Shown here piece by piece: positions 1 through 15,711 of a DNA stretch of 64,000 nt; position 1 is the first letter of the stretch, and every line of letters starts with the position of its first letter. Source of the DNA: the human T2T-CHM13v2.0 reference genome, Homo sapiens. Where the stretch lies: NCBI RefSeq assembly GCF_009914755.1, contig NC_060942.1. One strand, given 5' to 3'. Made by a program: the position numbers and the translations under genes. The notes beneath the pieces were generated by a model. It ran no database searches. It had not been told where the DNA came from and saw only the letters and a program-made list of their open reading frames with translations.

Positions 1-1124
1 GGTAGCTTAGCTACTTTAGCTGAGTGCTATCTCCCAAATTCATAAGCCCACAGACACCACCTCCCAGGCTGGGTACCACCACAACCCTGGGTACTGCACC
101 TTACAAGCTTGAGAACATGAAAAACGTCTCTAAGGACAGAAAAATCTTAGAGGGGGCCTCTGGTAGCTTCTTGGTTACAGAGCTGCTTCTATAGCTCTGG
201 CCTCCTACTATGCAGCAACTTAAAACATTAAAGGAGCTTTAAAGTTATAAAATGTTATCATCACTAGCAATAATTTTGGAGGGGCAGGGATAGTGTCTCC
301 TTATTACTTTTGACTTCCCTATAGTGCCCACACATTTGCAACTAGTGGGCCTTCAATCACTCCTTTATACAAGAGGGAATAAAGAAAAAAAATTTTGAAC
401 TCCTTTCAAGGGCTGCAGCATGCTGCAGGCTATAATTTGCGTGAGCCCTGGCCTCTCCTCACCAATCTTGAGTTTACATCCTGGGAGAATGGGTGAGGCT
501 ACTGCAGAATCAATAGTTGGAGAAGGCAGTGAAGTCTCACGAGATTTGCTCTCTCTCATTCCCTGTGTGAGGCTTAGAATTCAGCTGGGAGTAAGAGGTT
601 ACTCATTTGTCCCTATGAGAATTAATCACTTTTGTGGCCAGCCTCACCTTATTTAGTTGACTTTCATCTCATGCTCCTCCTCACTGTCTTCTTCCCATTA
701 GCTGCTGTGTGCGTGGGGAATACCAAGCAACCTTCACAGTGATCCCAGTGAAGTGCAATCAAGAAGGGAACTATGCTGGCTACAGAAATCACAAACAGCA
801 TTAAGTATTCAAATATCAATGAGTTTTGGATTATTTGTGCCACTGCATACCCAATTTTCCCTCTCCTGCATGAATAACCTGCAAGACATCTAGTGCCCCG
901 GGGAGGGGTTGGGGATGGTCTCTTTAGTGGACTCCAATCCAAAGCACATTTTACAGGACTACTCCCTTCACCTGATGCAACTCTCTCCTCCTTTTACATT
1001 TCAACCTCCTCCACCCCATTCTAACTCTAGGGGAGGGTTTTCCAGAGGGTCAAAAGGGTGATATATTCTCACTTTAAGGCCAGGTCCAGATTAGGACTTC
1101 TACAGAGCCGGCGTACACTCTGTG

Positions 1125-1551
1125 GATGATTGTATTATTTCTCTCAAGTATGTGCTCTCTCCTTCTCTATTATACGTGCCCTTTTATGGCCATGGGACTT
1201 GTAGTCCTCCTGAGGGAGCAGCTTACATCCCTCTTTACTTGGCCATGTGACAGGCTTTGGCCAAAGGGATGTGAGCAGAAGTGTTGTCTGCCTTGTGTAA
1301 AAGTTGCTTTAAAAGGCACCATGGGTTCCATGAATTCTGCTCTGTTTCCTCTTCCACAAGTATGCCATGTCCCGAATATGGGCTGCTTCTTCAGCCTGGG
1401 TCTTAGAGAGAGAAAACATGGGGAACAGGGCTGGGAAGAACCACCACAAATGACCTGCACCAGCCAACAATTAAAATTCATGATCAATAAATGCTGGTTA
1501 TTATAAGCCAGTGGAATTTGGGGGTTCTTACTGCAGTAAAACTGACTGATA
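1125..1551 (+). mobile_element. Old MaLR LTR (MLT1I/J-like), degraded
   Basis: Motifs 'ctttggccaaagggatgtgagcagaagtg', 'cttcagcctgggtc' and 3' end 'aataaatgctggttattataagcca...actgactgata' resemble MLT1 LTRs; boundaries approximate. Confidence 0.5.
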
Positions 1552-2484
1552 TTCTCATGTATAATTCAAACTAAGAACTATCCTGAAGGTTAGGGATGCC
1601 CAATAAATTGTAATTTTCTCTCCCAACCACAATGATTACTTCAATGATTTATTGGACCTCACTGAATATCAATTTATTTATAACATTTGTTTCCTCATTT
1701 TGTTATGGCCACCTGCTGTGTGTGTGTGTGTGGAGGGGAGGGGGGCGGTGCTCCAAACATGAGCTCAGCCTCCCTCTTGGGTAATCCTGAAGAAACCATG
1801 CTTAAATGGACAAAAGTAATGGTTCCCGGTAAGTCAGGATACCCAGTGGCTTATGCATTAATCAGCTTTGTGTGATTTTCAGCAAGTAATAAAACCTGAC
1901 TGTTACTCAGATGATTCATTTTTTAAAAGCAGCAGCTTAGACCAAATAACTTCAGGTTTGATTCAGCTATAAAATTTATAAGGTCTGGGGGGGACTAATA
2001 AATAATGGCCCATTTCCCTACCCATGTTTGGAATCTATTGTAAAAGAGCCACACTCAGGAATTATAGATGATGGAGATCAAAATAGGTTTTATTGTGATA
2101 AAAGCTCTGTTGGAGGCCATGGCTCAGCATGCAGCTAAAGGAGCCGCTAACCTTCCTCTGAATTTATCTTTCCTCCCCAAACTCTGTGCCTTCTCTTGCC
2201 ATAAGGCTGGTGCAGAAGAGACTGTGCACTGCCTGCAGATGCCCACAGCCAAGTACGGAAGGGGATAAGCCCAGGGATCTCACCCTCTGCTCCCAAACTT
2301 TCCAATCAATTGTCACTCTTTCTACCCTCTGTTGGGGAAAATGGGTTAATGTAGATAGAGGTAGGCCTGCTACTCCTCACTTGGAAACATGGATCCTGGG
2401 GAAAGGAAGATCCCCCCCATAAGAATTCTATAAATCTGTAATTTGAAAGCAGGTTCAGAACACAGTGGAAAGAACATGTGGCAG

Positions 2485-2670
2485 AAAGATCTACACTCAA
2501 ACCTGGGTTCATCACAGACTTCTGTAATTTCAGGCAGGTCAACTCACCTCTCTAGGCCTCAGTTTTCCCCTCTGAAAAATATGGATAACAAGAATACTAG
2601 CACTGCCTAGCAGATAAGATTGTTCTGTGAATCTAATGAGACAATATGTGTGAAAAAGTTTTGAAAACGA
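2485..2670 (+). mobile_element. MIR SINE fragment
   Basis: MIR core 'cctcagttttcccctctgaaaaatatggataac...ttgttctgtgaatctaatgaga'. Confidence 0.6.
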
Positions 2671-3542
2671 TGCACTGTACAAGATAAGGTTAAAGTGAAA
2701 GGGATATACTATTAAGTCATGGAAATTAGTGACTGTATAGCTGCAATTTCTAGCCACAATTTTAGCTTAACTAAGAAAAGCAAGTCAGAGGATGGAGGCA
2801 GTTTTCTGAATACTATGCTCGGGTTTCTGGACAGACAGCCCAACATCCTTTTCACCCCACCATCATACTGATGGTTCCTGAGTCACACCTGGAAGCCAAG
2901 GACTCCAGTCCTAACAAAAATTCTATTTTGTTCAGGCTTCCAGGGCAGCCGAACACTGAGTCCACTACCGTTCCCCTGTGTTGCATTGTTTTTCTCCCCT
3001 TGGACCGGGATGGGCAATTTCTGTCCTTTTTGGGTGATCTCTTTCTTCTCAGTAAAGTGAGTGGCGGTAACAGGCTAGAATGCTCTGTCAGGGGAGAGCC
3101 AGGAACAGGGGAGTCAGGATCAGGAGACCCAAGAGCTCCCCTAGGCTCTGCCTTCGCTCAGTTTTCCACACTGCTTTTGGCATTGCCATAAATTTAGCAT
3201 TTTCCAAAGTGTATTTCTCAGATTGCCAGTTCCCCAAGACACTCAAACTCAAAAAGTTTCTGTGGTTAAATTAGTTTAGGAAAGGCTCCATGTATAATTC
3301 CCCCTCTTTGAGAGTTTCAATGTCCATTAACATACCAAAGGCCCTTAAAAGTCCTATAAATCCTCTAGCAAACAAAGGTTGTTTATTATTTGCTGTTGTT
3401 TAACCCAGAACTTCTAAAATGTATTTGGCATTGAAACACTTATTTTTCAAGAAGCACTACTAACATCCTGGTTTCATGTGGTGAGTGAATCTGACCTTCA
3501 AAAACCCCACTCGCACTTCACCTCCATGAAAGAAGGTTTGGC

Positions 3543-3716
3543 GAGAGTTCTCAACCTTGGCTGTGCACTAGAGCCATCTGGGAAGCTTCTACAACACCCA
3601 ATACTTAGACTGCCCCCAAACCAATTAAATGAGCAAATCTGGGGCTGGGTCCCAGGCATCAGTACTACGTAAAGTTCCCTGAGTTCCAGGGTAAGACAAA
3701 GGCTGAGAACCACTGG
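3543..3716. mobile_element. MER5B-like hAT-Charlie MITE
   Basis: Termini 'gagttctcaaccttggctgtgca' and 'gctgagaaccactg', ~175 bp. Confidence 0.65.
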
Positions 3717-3953
3717 ATTAGAGGAAAACGCTTTGGTGGTAACTTTCATTGCCATTGCCTGCCAAGGTCAGCTGAGTTAGCTTTTCACATAGTAAGGCCA
3801 GGCTTATTATTTCACAAGAAATAGGAAAAATGTAAAATGCTCATGGTGACTAAGTGAAAATGTCTACTGAAGGAAACTAATAATTTCCTTCAGTTATGTG
3901 CAAACATTTATATGGCACATAAACATACATTCTAAATACTTTTCATATATTAT

Positions 3954-4633
3954 TGAAGTGACATTATTTGTCTGGGGAAATACCCAAGGTTTGTTGTCTC
4001 AAGCCAAGGAAATCAAAGACATGGATGCACAAGGAATGGGTTTAGGAGCAGAGGTTTAATAGGCAAAAGAAAGAGAAAGGAGAATAGCTCTCTCTCCTGC
4101 AGAGAGAGAGGGGCGTCAAAGTGGGACTTCTGGTCCATGGTCCATGGTCCATGGTGGAGTGTGCAGGGTGGAGGGGAGGAGGAAGAAGTTTGGGGTTTAT
4201 AGACTGGCTTGAAGAGGCAGTGTCTGATTTACATAGGACCTAAAGATTGGTTGGAGCAGGTGTGACATTTACATAGTCTGTGAAGAAGCTGGCCACACGA
4301 CCCTAATCTTTTTATCATGCAAATGGGTTTTCTACCTGGTCAGTGGCCATGTTGTCTGCTCCTTACTGTACACGTGGTTGACAAGGAAAAGGGAAGATGG
4401 AGCCGCCATGTTGAACTTGCCTAGCCCCCAGGTAGCCTTCTCCTATTGGCACAGCTGCCAGCATTCATCCATGCAAGCTTCCAGCTTGCTTATCTATGCT
4501 GTGGCTTGGTTTTTTAGGCTCCTTTTTTGTTATAAAAGAAATGATTTGGGGCTGCTTTTCATTCAAGGGAAAACCTTACTGAGGACTTTCTTACCCTATC
4601 TGTCTAAATAATTTCTTTTTAACTCCTATATCA
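3954..4633 (-). mobile_element. Solo ERV1 LTR (MER50-like)
   Basis: Minus strand starts TGATATAGGAGTTAAAAAGAAATTATTTAG and ends ...CTTCA (TG..CA); 4-bp TSD TTAT (3950-3953 / 4634-4637); appears to interrupt a MIR. Confidence 0.75.
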
Positions 4634-4649
4634 TTATCACATTTCCACA

Positions 4650-4830
4650 TGTAATAACATAATTCTCTTGACAGTCCTTAAGGGGCAAGTATTTTTAATG
4701 ACCATTTTACAGGTGAGAAAACTGAAGCATGGAGTTAGGGGTTAAACCACTTAAGGAAGAGCCAGCTGACTTAGTAAGTGAGAAAGCTGGGATTTGAACT
4801 TGAGTGATCTTGCTCCCAAATCTCTAACCA
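4650..4830 (-). mobile_element. MIR SINE fragment
   Basis: 'ccattttacaggtgagaaaactgaagc...gctgggatttgaact' is the MIR core in reverse. Confidence 0.6.
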
Positions 4831-4916
4831 ACCTTATTGTGGAGTCCTGATAAGGTAAGTAAACAGCAATGAGGAAAGGGTTCCAGGTTAAGGAGAATGA
4901 TTGTTCTGAGAGACAG

Positions 4917-5467
4917 TGTGATGGTTAATATTGAGCATCAACTTGACTGGATTGAAGGACCCAAAGTACGGTTCCTGGGTGTGTCTGTGAGGGAGTTGCC
5001 AAAGGAGATTAACATTTGAGTCAGTGGACTCGGAGAGGCAGACCCACCCTCAGTCTGGGTGGACACCATCTAATCAGCTGCCCCCGTCGCTAGAATAAAG
5101 CAGGCAGAAGATGGAAGAGCAGACTTGCTGAGTCTTCTGATCTTTATCTTTCTCCTGTGCTGGTTGCTTCCTGCCCTCAAACATCAGACTCCAAGTTCTT
5201 CAGCTTTTGGACCCTTGGACTTAACCAGTGGGTTGCCAGGGGCTCTCAGGCCTTTGGCCACAGACTGAAGGCTGCACTGTTGGCTTCCCTACTTTTGAGG
5301 TTTTGGGACTCTGACTGATCGACCACTGGATTCCTTGCTCTTCACCTTCAGATGGCCTATCATGGGACTTTACCTTGTGATCATTATGAGTCAATTCTCC
5401 TTAATAAAATCCCTTTCATATAGACATCTATCCTATTAGTTCTGTCCCTCTAGAGAACCCTAATACA
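4917..5467 (+). mobile_element. MLT2A-type (HERV-L) solo LTR, 551 bp
   Basis: TGTGATGGTTAATATTGAG...CTAGAGAACCCTAATACA termini; TSD GACAG (4912-4916) / GATGG (5468-5472). Confidence 0.85.
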
Positions 5468-5593
5468 GATGGCTAATCGCAAACAACGTTTTGGCACAAC
5501 TACCTCGCTCTGCAGGAAGCCCCAGCAGCATGACCTCGTTCTACATGGAGCCCCCTTCAGCATGATCCTATGAAACTTCCCTCCAGTCCTTGC

Positions 5594-5980
5594 TGTAAGA
5601 TTCTCCCTGGGGCCTGAAAGCTTAAGGAGATGAATAACTCCTCCCTTCTCAGGCCCAGTCCCAAAGCACAAGGCCACTTGTGTCAGCAGCGTGAGCCAGC
5701 AAGATAGCAGAAGCAAGAAGAGAGCCGGCCAGATGACATGTACCCCTGAAGATCGAGAAAAAGGCCATCTGGGCATAACGTAGCAGTTACATCAGACTAG
5801 GACACTTCCCGTTTACAGGAGACTATAAAAGCTTTGTCCTGTCCTCACTAGGGGCTAACGCCATTTTAGGCCTCAGCCCACCTGCACCCAGGCGCTCATT
5901 AAAACAGCATGTTGCTCCACATTGCCTTGTGTTGTCTCTTGGCGTGCTCTTGGGGTTTGAACCAACACAAGAACCTTACG
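5594..5980 (+). promoter_or_regulatory. Proviral 5' LTR (MER48-like)
   Basis: Starts TGTAAGATTC; TATAAAA at 5824; ATTAAA poly(A)-like signal ~5898; my manual alignment to the 3' LTR gives 46 mismatches/387 and no indels. Confidence 0.9.
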
Positions 5981-5982
5981 TC

Positions 5983-6000
5983 CGGTGCTGAAACCCAGGA
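5983..6000 (+). promoter_or_regulatory. Primer binding site, tRNA-Phe
   Basis: CGGTGCTGAAACCCAGGA matches TGGTGCCGAAACCCGGGA (complement of the tRNA-Phe 3' end) at 15/18, 2 nt after the LTR. Confidence 0.85.
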
Positions 6001-6132
6001 GGGGCTCAGGTCTGTGCCCCCCTTGGAACTACCCCTCCACCCCAGAGAGCAGGCCACAGCAGCCAGACAAAGGAAGTTCTTCAGCCTCCAGTCACCTCTC
6101 TGTGCATGCACATCGGTTACTGATCTCGCCTA

Positions 6133-6141
6133 CTAGTAAGT
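6133..6141 (+). promoter_or_regulatory. Putative proviral leader splice donor
   Basis: CTA|GTAAGT between PBS and gag ATG, the usual position of the major donor. Confidence 0.45.
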
Positions 6142-6400
6142 TTCCCCAGGAGCCTGGTTAACAGAGAAAAATCCACACGGCCTCTCTTGGTTCCTCCGGT
6201 CTGAAAATCCAGTGTTGGTCCAAGAAGGCTCTGGCATGTGCCAGGCACTCGCTGAATCATCTGGTCTTAGGGGGACGCCTCTAGGCCATTTGATCCCCTT
6301 CCGGAATGAAAAGGCAGCGGTGATGATTGCTCCTTTTATTGTCTCCCTCCAGCCATCCAGGAAGGTCTTTTTCCCTGTTCTCCCAAGCCTACCCTCCATT

Positions 6401-7610
6401 ATGGGAAACTCCCAGTCCTCCATTCTGAAAAACAGCCCTCTAGGCTGCCTCATAAAAAACCTGTAAACCTTAGGCCTCAGGCAAGATACTCGCCCTAAGC
6501 ACCTTGTGTTTTTGCAATTCAGTCTGGCCACAATACGAATTGGATAATGAGTTCGAATGGCCCGCAAATGGAACAATCGACTTTACAATTTTAACTGATT
6601 TAAGCAATTATTGCCCACAACTGGAGAAATGGCAAGAAATTCCTTCTGTCCAGGCCTTTTTGCAATCAGATCACAATGCGACCTCTGCAGTTCTTGCTCA
6701 CCTGTTCAAATCCTTCTCCCCCATTCTCACCACCTTGATTGCCTTTCTCCTCCTGACCCTGCCTCTTTTTCCTCATTTGATTCAGCTGGCTGCTGTCCAC
6801 CCCTCTCAGCCCCTACCTCTTCCTCTCAAGATCTTCTTTAACTCCCCAAGCCTCCTCGTTGCCTTCTCAGCCGCCATCTTCCCAGATGCCATCTTCTCAG
6901 CCACCACCTTCCCAGCCACCATTTTCCCAGCTGCCATCTTCTTAGCCACTATCTTCCCAGTCAGCTGTATCCACTTCTTTTCCTACACCTTCCCCTCCTC
7001 AGGACAATTCTAGTATTGCCTGTACCCATTCTCCTTCCTCACCGCCCTCTCCTGAAGACTGTAAACCCATCCCGCCACCTTACACCCCTATCTATCCTCC
7101 ACTGCCTGGTAACTCAACCCCTTTTCCCCCTTCAAATCCTCAGCAGAAACCACTATTTTAAACCTTTGGTTCATCTCTCAATCCACCCCCAATATTCAGT
7201 GCAAGCTTCGGAAGCTTGATGACAGCCCTGAAACCCTACAATGAGACCTTCCTAATTTAGCCTTCAAAGTCTTTAACAATTGTGACTAGGAAAGTAGAAG
7301 GCAAAAACAGGCAGAGTTTCAAATGCTTGCCTCTGCCATCAGGGGCCCTGCAGGCCCACGGGGCCGCAGCTCCACACGGAAGCCTCCTAACAATCCATCT
7401 CCACCTGGCGCCTGTTTCAAGTGCTGCAATGAAGGCCACTGGTCCAGACAATGCCCAAATCCAGGTAAGCCCACCAGGCTGTGCCCCCTCTATGGAGGAC
7501 TCCACTGGAAGTTGGACTGTGAGCAGCCCCCGCAAGGACCGCCCCCGACCCTTCCTAAGCTGGCCAAAACCTCCTACTTGGATCTCATCAGCCTTACTGC
7601 TGAAGACTGA
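6401..7610 (+). pseudogene. gag: ERV gag, disrupted, most of capsid apparently deleted
   Basis: MGNSQSS myristoylation-type start; matrix WPQY..WPANGT; PPPY late domain 7072-7083; CFKCCNEGHWSRQC knuckle plus a degenerate second knuckle; TGA at 7608 ahead of pro; stops and frameshifts. Confidence 0.85.
6868..6960 (+). repeat. 15-bp tandem repeat x6 (cagccRccatcttcY) in gag p12 region
   Basis: cagccgccatcttcc/cagatgccatcttct/cagccaccaccttcc/cagccaccattttcc/cagctgccatcttct/tagccactatcttcc; reads QPPSS-like. Confidence 0.85.
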
Positions 7611-8867
7611 TGGTGCCCTGGAATGGATGCCCCAGCAATTACCATCTCTTCATCCAAGCCAAGGGTAACTCTGATGGTAGAAGGTAGGCCAGTATGTTCT
7701 TTTAAAATTAATATCGGGGCAACCTACTCTGCTTTATCTAATTTTTCAGAACCCACCCAATCCTCCCAAGTCTCTGTTGTGGGAATTCATGGATAAGTCT
7801 CCAAACCCCGAGCCACCCCTCAACTTTTCTGCTTCCTGCACCCTTTTTCCTTCACTCACTCTTTCTTAGTCCTGCCCTCATGCCCAACCCTGCTCCTAGG
7901 CAGAGATATCCTTTCAAAACTCCACACTACTCTCCACTTCCACATTCCCCATAGTACCCAACACATTACCCAGACCCCTCCAGTACTTCTAGCTTTCTTC
8001 TACTCCTTCACCCTCCCACTCTAAAACATGCAACTTTTCCTTATCCCCCATCTGTAGTTAACCCTGCTGTTTAGGATACTTCCACACCCTCAGTCGCAGA
8101 ACACCACACCCCCATCTGCATTATCCTTAAAAAGCCCACCCAGTTCCTATCACAGAAGCAGTATCCCATCTCCCAAGCAGCTCTCATAGGCCTAAAGCCT
8201 ATCATTTTTCGCCTCCTTGCCAGTCACCTACACCGCCCAACAAACTCCCTTTTAACACACCAGTTCTACCTGTTAAAAAGCCAGATGGAATTTATCGCTT
8301 AGTACAGGACCTAGGCTCGTCAACCAAGCTATACTCCCAGTGTGTCTAGTAGTTCCTAACCCATATGCTTTACTTTCTGCAATTCCCTCCAATGCCACCC
8401 ATTTTTCTGTCCTAAACCTAAAGAAAGCTTTTTTCACAATTCCTTTGCACCCTGATTCTCCAGACCTCTTTTCCTTTACATGGGAAAACCCCGACACCCA
8501 CCTTTCACGTCAGCTCACCTGGTGCGTACTACCTCAAGGTTTCAGAGACAGTCTCCACCTTTTTGGACAGGTCCTTGCTCGTGACCTATGTACCTTATCC
8601 CTAAAACCGTCCACTCTCCTTCAATGTGTTAATAATCAGCTCCTGTGTAGCCCCTCTCAAAGAAACTGCAATGCCCATACTATCTCTCTTTTAAACTCCT
8701 TGGCAGAACGGGAGTACTAGGTCTCCCCTAAGAAAGCACAAACATGCACCCCCTCAGTCACCTATCTAGGCCTAGCCCTTACCCTGCGAACCCAAGGGCT
8801 TACAACCGACCACATATCCCTCCTCCAGTCCCTCCCACCTCCACAAACTAAGCAAGAAATTCTCTTT
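7611..8867 (+). pseudogene. pol: ERV pro-pol 5' part (protease, RT) up to the L1 insertion
   Basis: INIGATYSAL (DTGA motif mutated), LLGRDIL, LNLKKAFF, LPQGFRDS, LLQCVNN (YVDD mutated), ...QEIL at the junction. Confidence 0.88.
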
Positions 8868-8875
8868 TTTTTTTT

Positions 8876-9262
8876 AAAGTAAAAATGACAAATTCATATA
8901 CATATGTTAAATGGTACAGCTTCTCTTTACATTAGCTCCCCGAGTTACAACCTCTCCCCTTGTGTAGGTACAAATCACTGATTAAAGTGCAGAAAAACTT
9001 CCCCAATACAGGAATCCGGCTTCTGAAAATATCTGTGCTGGAAAATTTGCAATGGAGGCATGGAAGACTTGAGAAAGGGAGGGCTGGGAAACAAGAGCTG
9101 TAACTCAATCTGAAGACACTCATAAATATCAATTTTAATATCTATTTACAATACAGCAATAAAGGCAAACTAAAAAAGGCTATACAAGGCATTTTGCACA
9201 TCTTCATGTACTGGGTTCTCTGAAGCCCAATTCCTGTTAATATCTTTTGCTGGAAGAATTTT
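8876..9262 (-). other. L1-mediated 3' transduction (~385 bp of non-L1, non-ERV DNA)
   Basis: Lies between the L1's own poly(A) (T-run 9263-9274) and a second poly(A) (T-run ~8865-8875), inside TSD CAAGAAATTCTCTTT (8853-8867 / 15712-15726). Confidence 0.85.
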
Positions 9263-9481
9263 CTTTTTTTTTTTATTATTATACTTTAAGTTCTAGGGTA
9301 CAAGTGCACAATGTGCAGGTTTGTCTCATATGTATACATGTGCCATGTTGGTGTGCTGCACCCATTAAGTCGTCATTTACATTAGGTATATCTTCTAATG
9401 CTATCCCTCCCCTGTCCCCCCATCCCACAACAGGCCCCGGTGTGTGATGTTCCCCTTCCTGTGTGCATGTGTTCTCATTGT

Positions 9482-13651
<4,170 letters not shown>

Positions 13652-13699
13652 TTATTTTGCTCGTTAGCTGATGCAGTTTTTTCCTAGCCTCGATGGTCT

Positions 13700-14713
13700 T
13701 TACAATGTGGCATATTTTTGCAGTGGCTGGTACTGGTTGTTCCTTTCCATGTTTAGTGCTTCCTTCAGGAGCTCTTGTAGGGCAGGCCTGGTGGTGACAA
13801 AATCTCTCAGCATTTGCTTGTCTGTAAAGGATTTTATTTCTTCTTCACTTATGAAGCTTAGTTTGGCTGGATATGAAATTCTGGGTCAAAAATTCTTTTC
13901 TTCAAGAATGTTAAATATTGGTCCCCACTCTCTTCTGGCTTGTAGAGTTTCTGCCAAGAGATCTACTATTAGTCTGATGGGCTTCCCTTTGTGGGTAACC
14001 CGACCTTTCTCTCTGGCTGCCCTTAACATTTTTTCCTTCATTTCCACTATGGAGAATCTGATAATTATGTGTCTTGGAGTTGCTCTTCTTGAGGAGTATC
14101 TCTGTGGCGTTCTCTGTATTTCCTGAATTTGAATGTTGGCCTGCCTTGCTAGTTTGGGGAAGTTCTCCTGGATAATATCCTGCAGAGTGTCTTCCAACTT
14201 GGTTCCATTCTCCCCGTCACTTTCAGGTACACCAATCAGATGTAGATTTGGTCTTTTCACATAGTCCCATATTTCTTGGAGGCTTTGTTCATTTCTTTTT
14301 ACTCTTTTTTCTCTAAACTTCTCTTCTCGCTTCATTTCATTCATTTGATCTTCAATCACTGATATCCTTTCTTCCAGTTGATCAAATCGGATACTGAAGC
14401 TTGTGCATTCGTCATGTAGTTCTCATGCCATGGTTTTCAGCTCCATGAGGTCATTTAAGGACTTCTCTACACTGGTGATTCTAGTTAGCCATTCGTCTAA
14501 TCTTTTTTCAAGGTTTTTACCTTCTTTGCAATATGTTTGAACTTCCTCCTTTAGCTTGGAGAAGTTTGCTCATCTGAAGCCTTCTCTCAACTCATCAAAG
14601 TCAAACTCTGTCCAGCTTTGTTCCATTGCTGGTGAGGAGCTGCATTCCTTTGGAGGCAGAGAGGTGCTCTGATTTTTAGAATTTTCAGCTTTTCTGCTCT
14701 GTTTTTTCCCCAT
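13700..14713 (-). pseudogene. L1 ORF1, disrupted
   Basis: MGKKQSRKAENSK start; EQSLQEIWDYVKRPN...REWGPIFNIL; broken by stops/frameshifts. Confidence 0.9.
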
Positions 14714-15711
14714 CTTTGTGGTTTTATCTACCTTTGGTCTTTGATGATGGTGACATACAGATGGGGTTTTGGTGTGGATGTTCTTTCTGTTTGTTAGTTT
14801 TCCTTCTAACATTCAGGACCCTCAGCTGCAGGTCTGTTGGAGTTTGCTGGAGGTCCACTCCAGACCCTATTTGCCTGGGTATCAGCAGCGGAGGCTGCAG
14901 AACAGCAAATATTGCTGCCTGATCGTTCCTCTGTAAGCTTTGTCTCAGAGGGGTTCCCAGCCATGTGAGGTGTCAGTCTGCCCCTACTTGGGGGGAGTGT
15001 CTCCCAGTTAGGCTAATTGGGGGTCAGGGACCCACTTGAGGATGCACTCTGTCCGTTCTCAGATCTCAAACTCCATGCTGGGGGAACCACTACTCTCTTC
15101 AAAGCTGTCAGACACGGACATTTAAGTCTGCAGAGGTTTCTGCTGCCTTTTATTTGGCTATGCCCTGTCCCCAGAGGTGGAGTCCACAGAGGCAGGCAGG
15201 CCTCCTTGAGCTGCGGTGGGCTCCACCCAGTTCAAGCTTCCCAGCCACTTTGTTTACCTACTCACTCCTCAGCAATGGTGGGCACCCCTCCCCCAGCCTC
15301 GCTGCCACCTTGCAGTTCCATCTCAGTCTGCTGTGCCTGTGGGAGTGGGACCTTCTGAGCCAGGCACAGGATATAATCTCCTGGTGTGCCGTTTGCTAAG
15401 ACCATTGGAAAAGCACAGTATTTGGGTGGGAGTGACCTGATTTTCCAGGAGCCGTCTGTCACAGCTTCCCTTGGCTAGGAAAGGGAATTCCCTGACCCCT
15501 TGCACTTCCTGGGTGAGGCGATGCCTCACCCTGCTTTGGCTCATGCTCGATGGGCTGCACCCTCTGTCCTGCACCCACTGTCTGATAAGCCCCAGTGAGA
15601 TGAACCTAGTACCTCAGTTGGAAATGCAGAAATCACCCATCTTCTGCGTTGCTCATGACGGGAGCTGTAGACTGGAGCCGTTCCTATTCGGCCATCTTGG
15701 AACCGTCCCCC

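Noticed and set aside
4131-4154. (GGTCCAT)x3 repeat
   Set aside because: Ordinary slippage expansion inside an LTR.
6868-6960. CRISPR-like array
   Set aside because: Contiguous tandem units without spacers, in a mammalian proviral gag.
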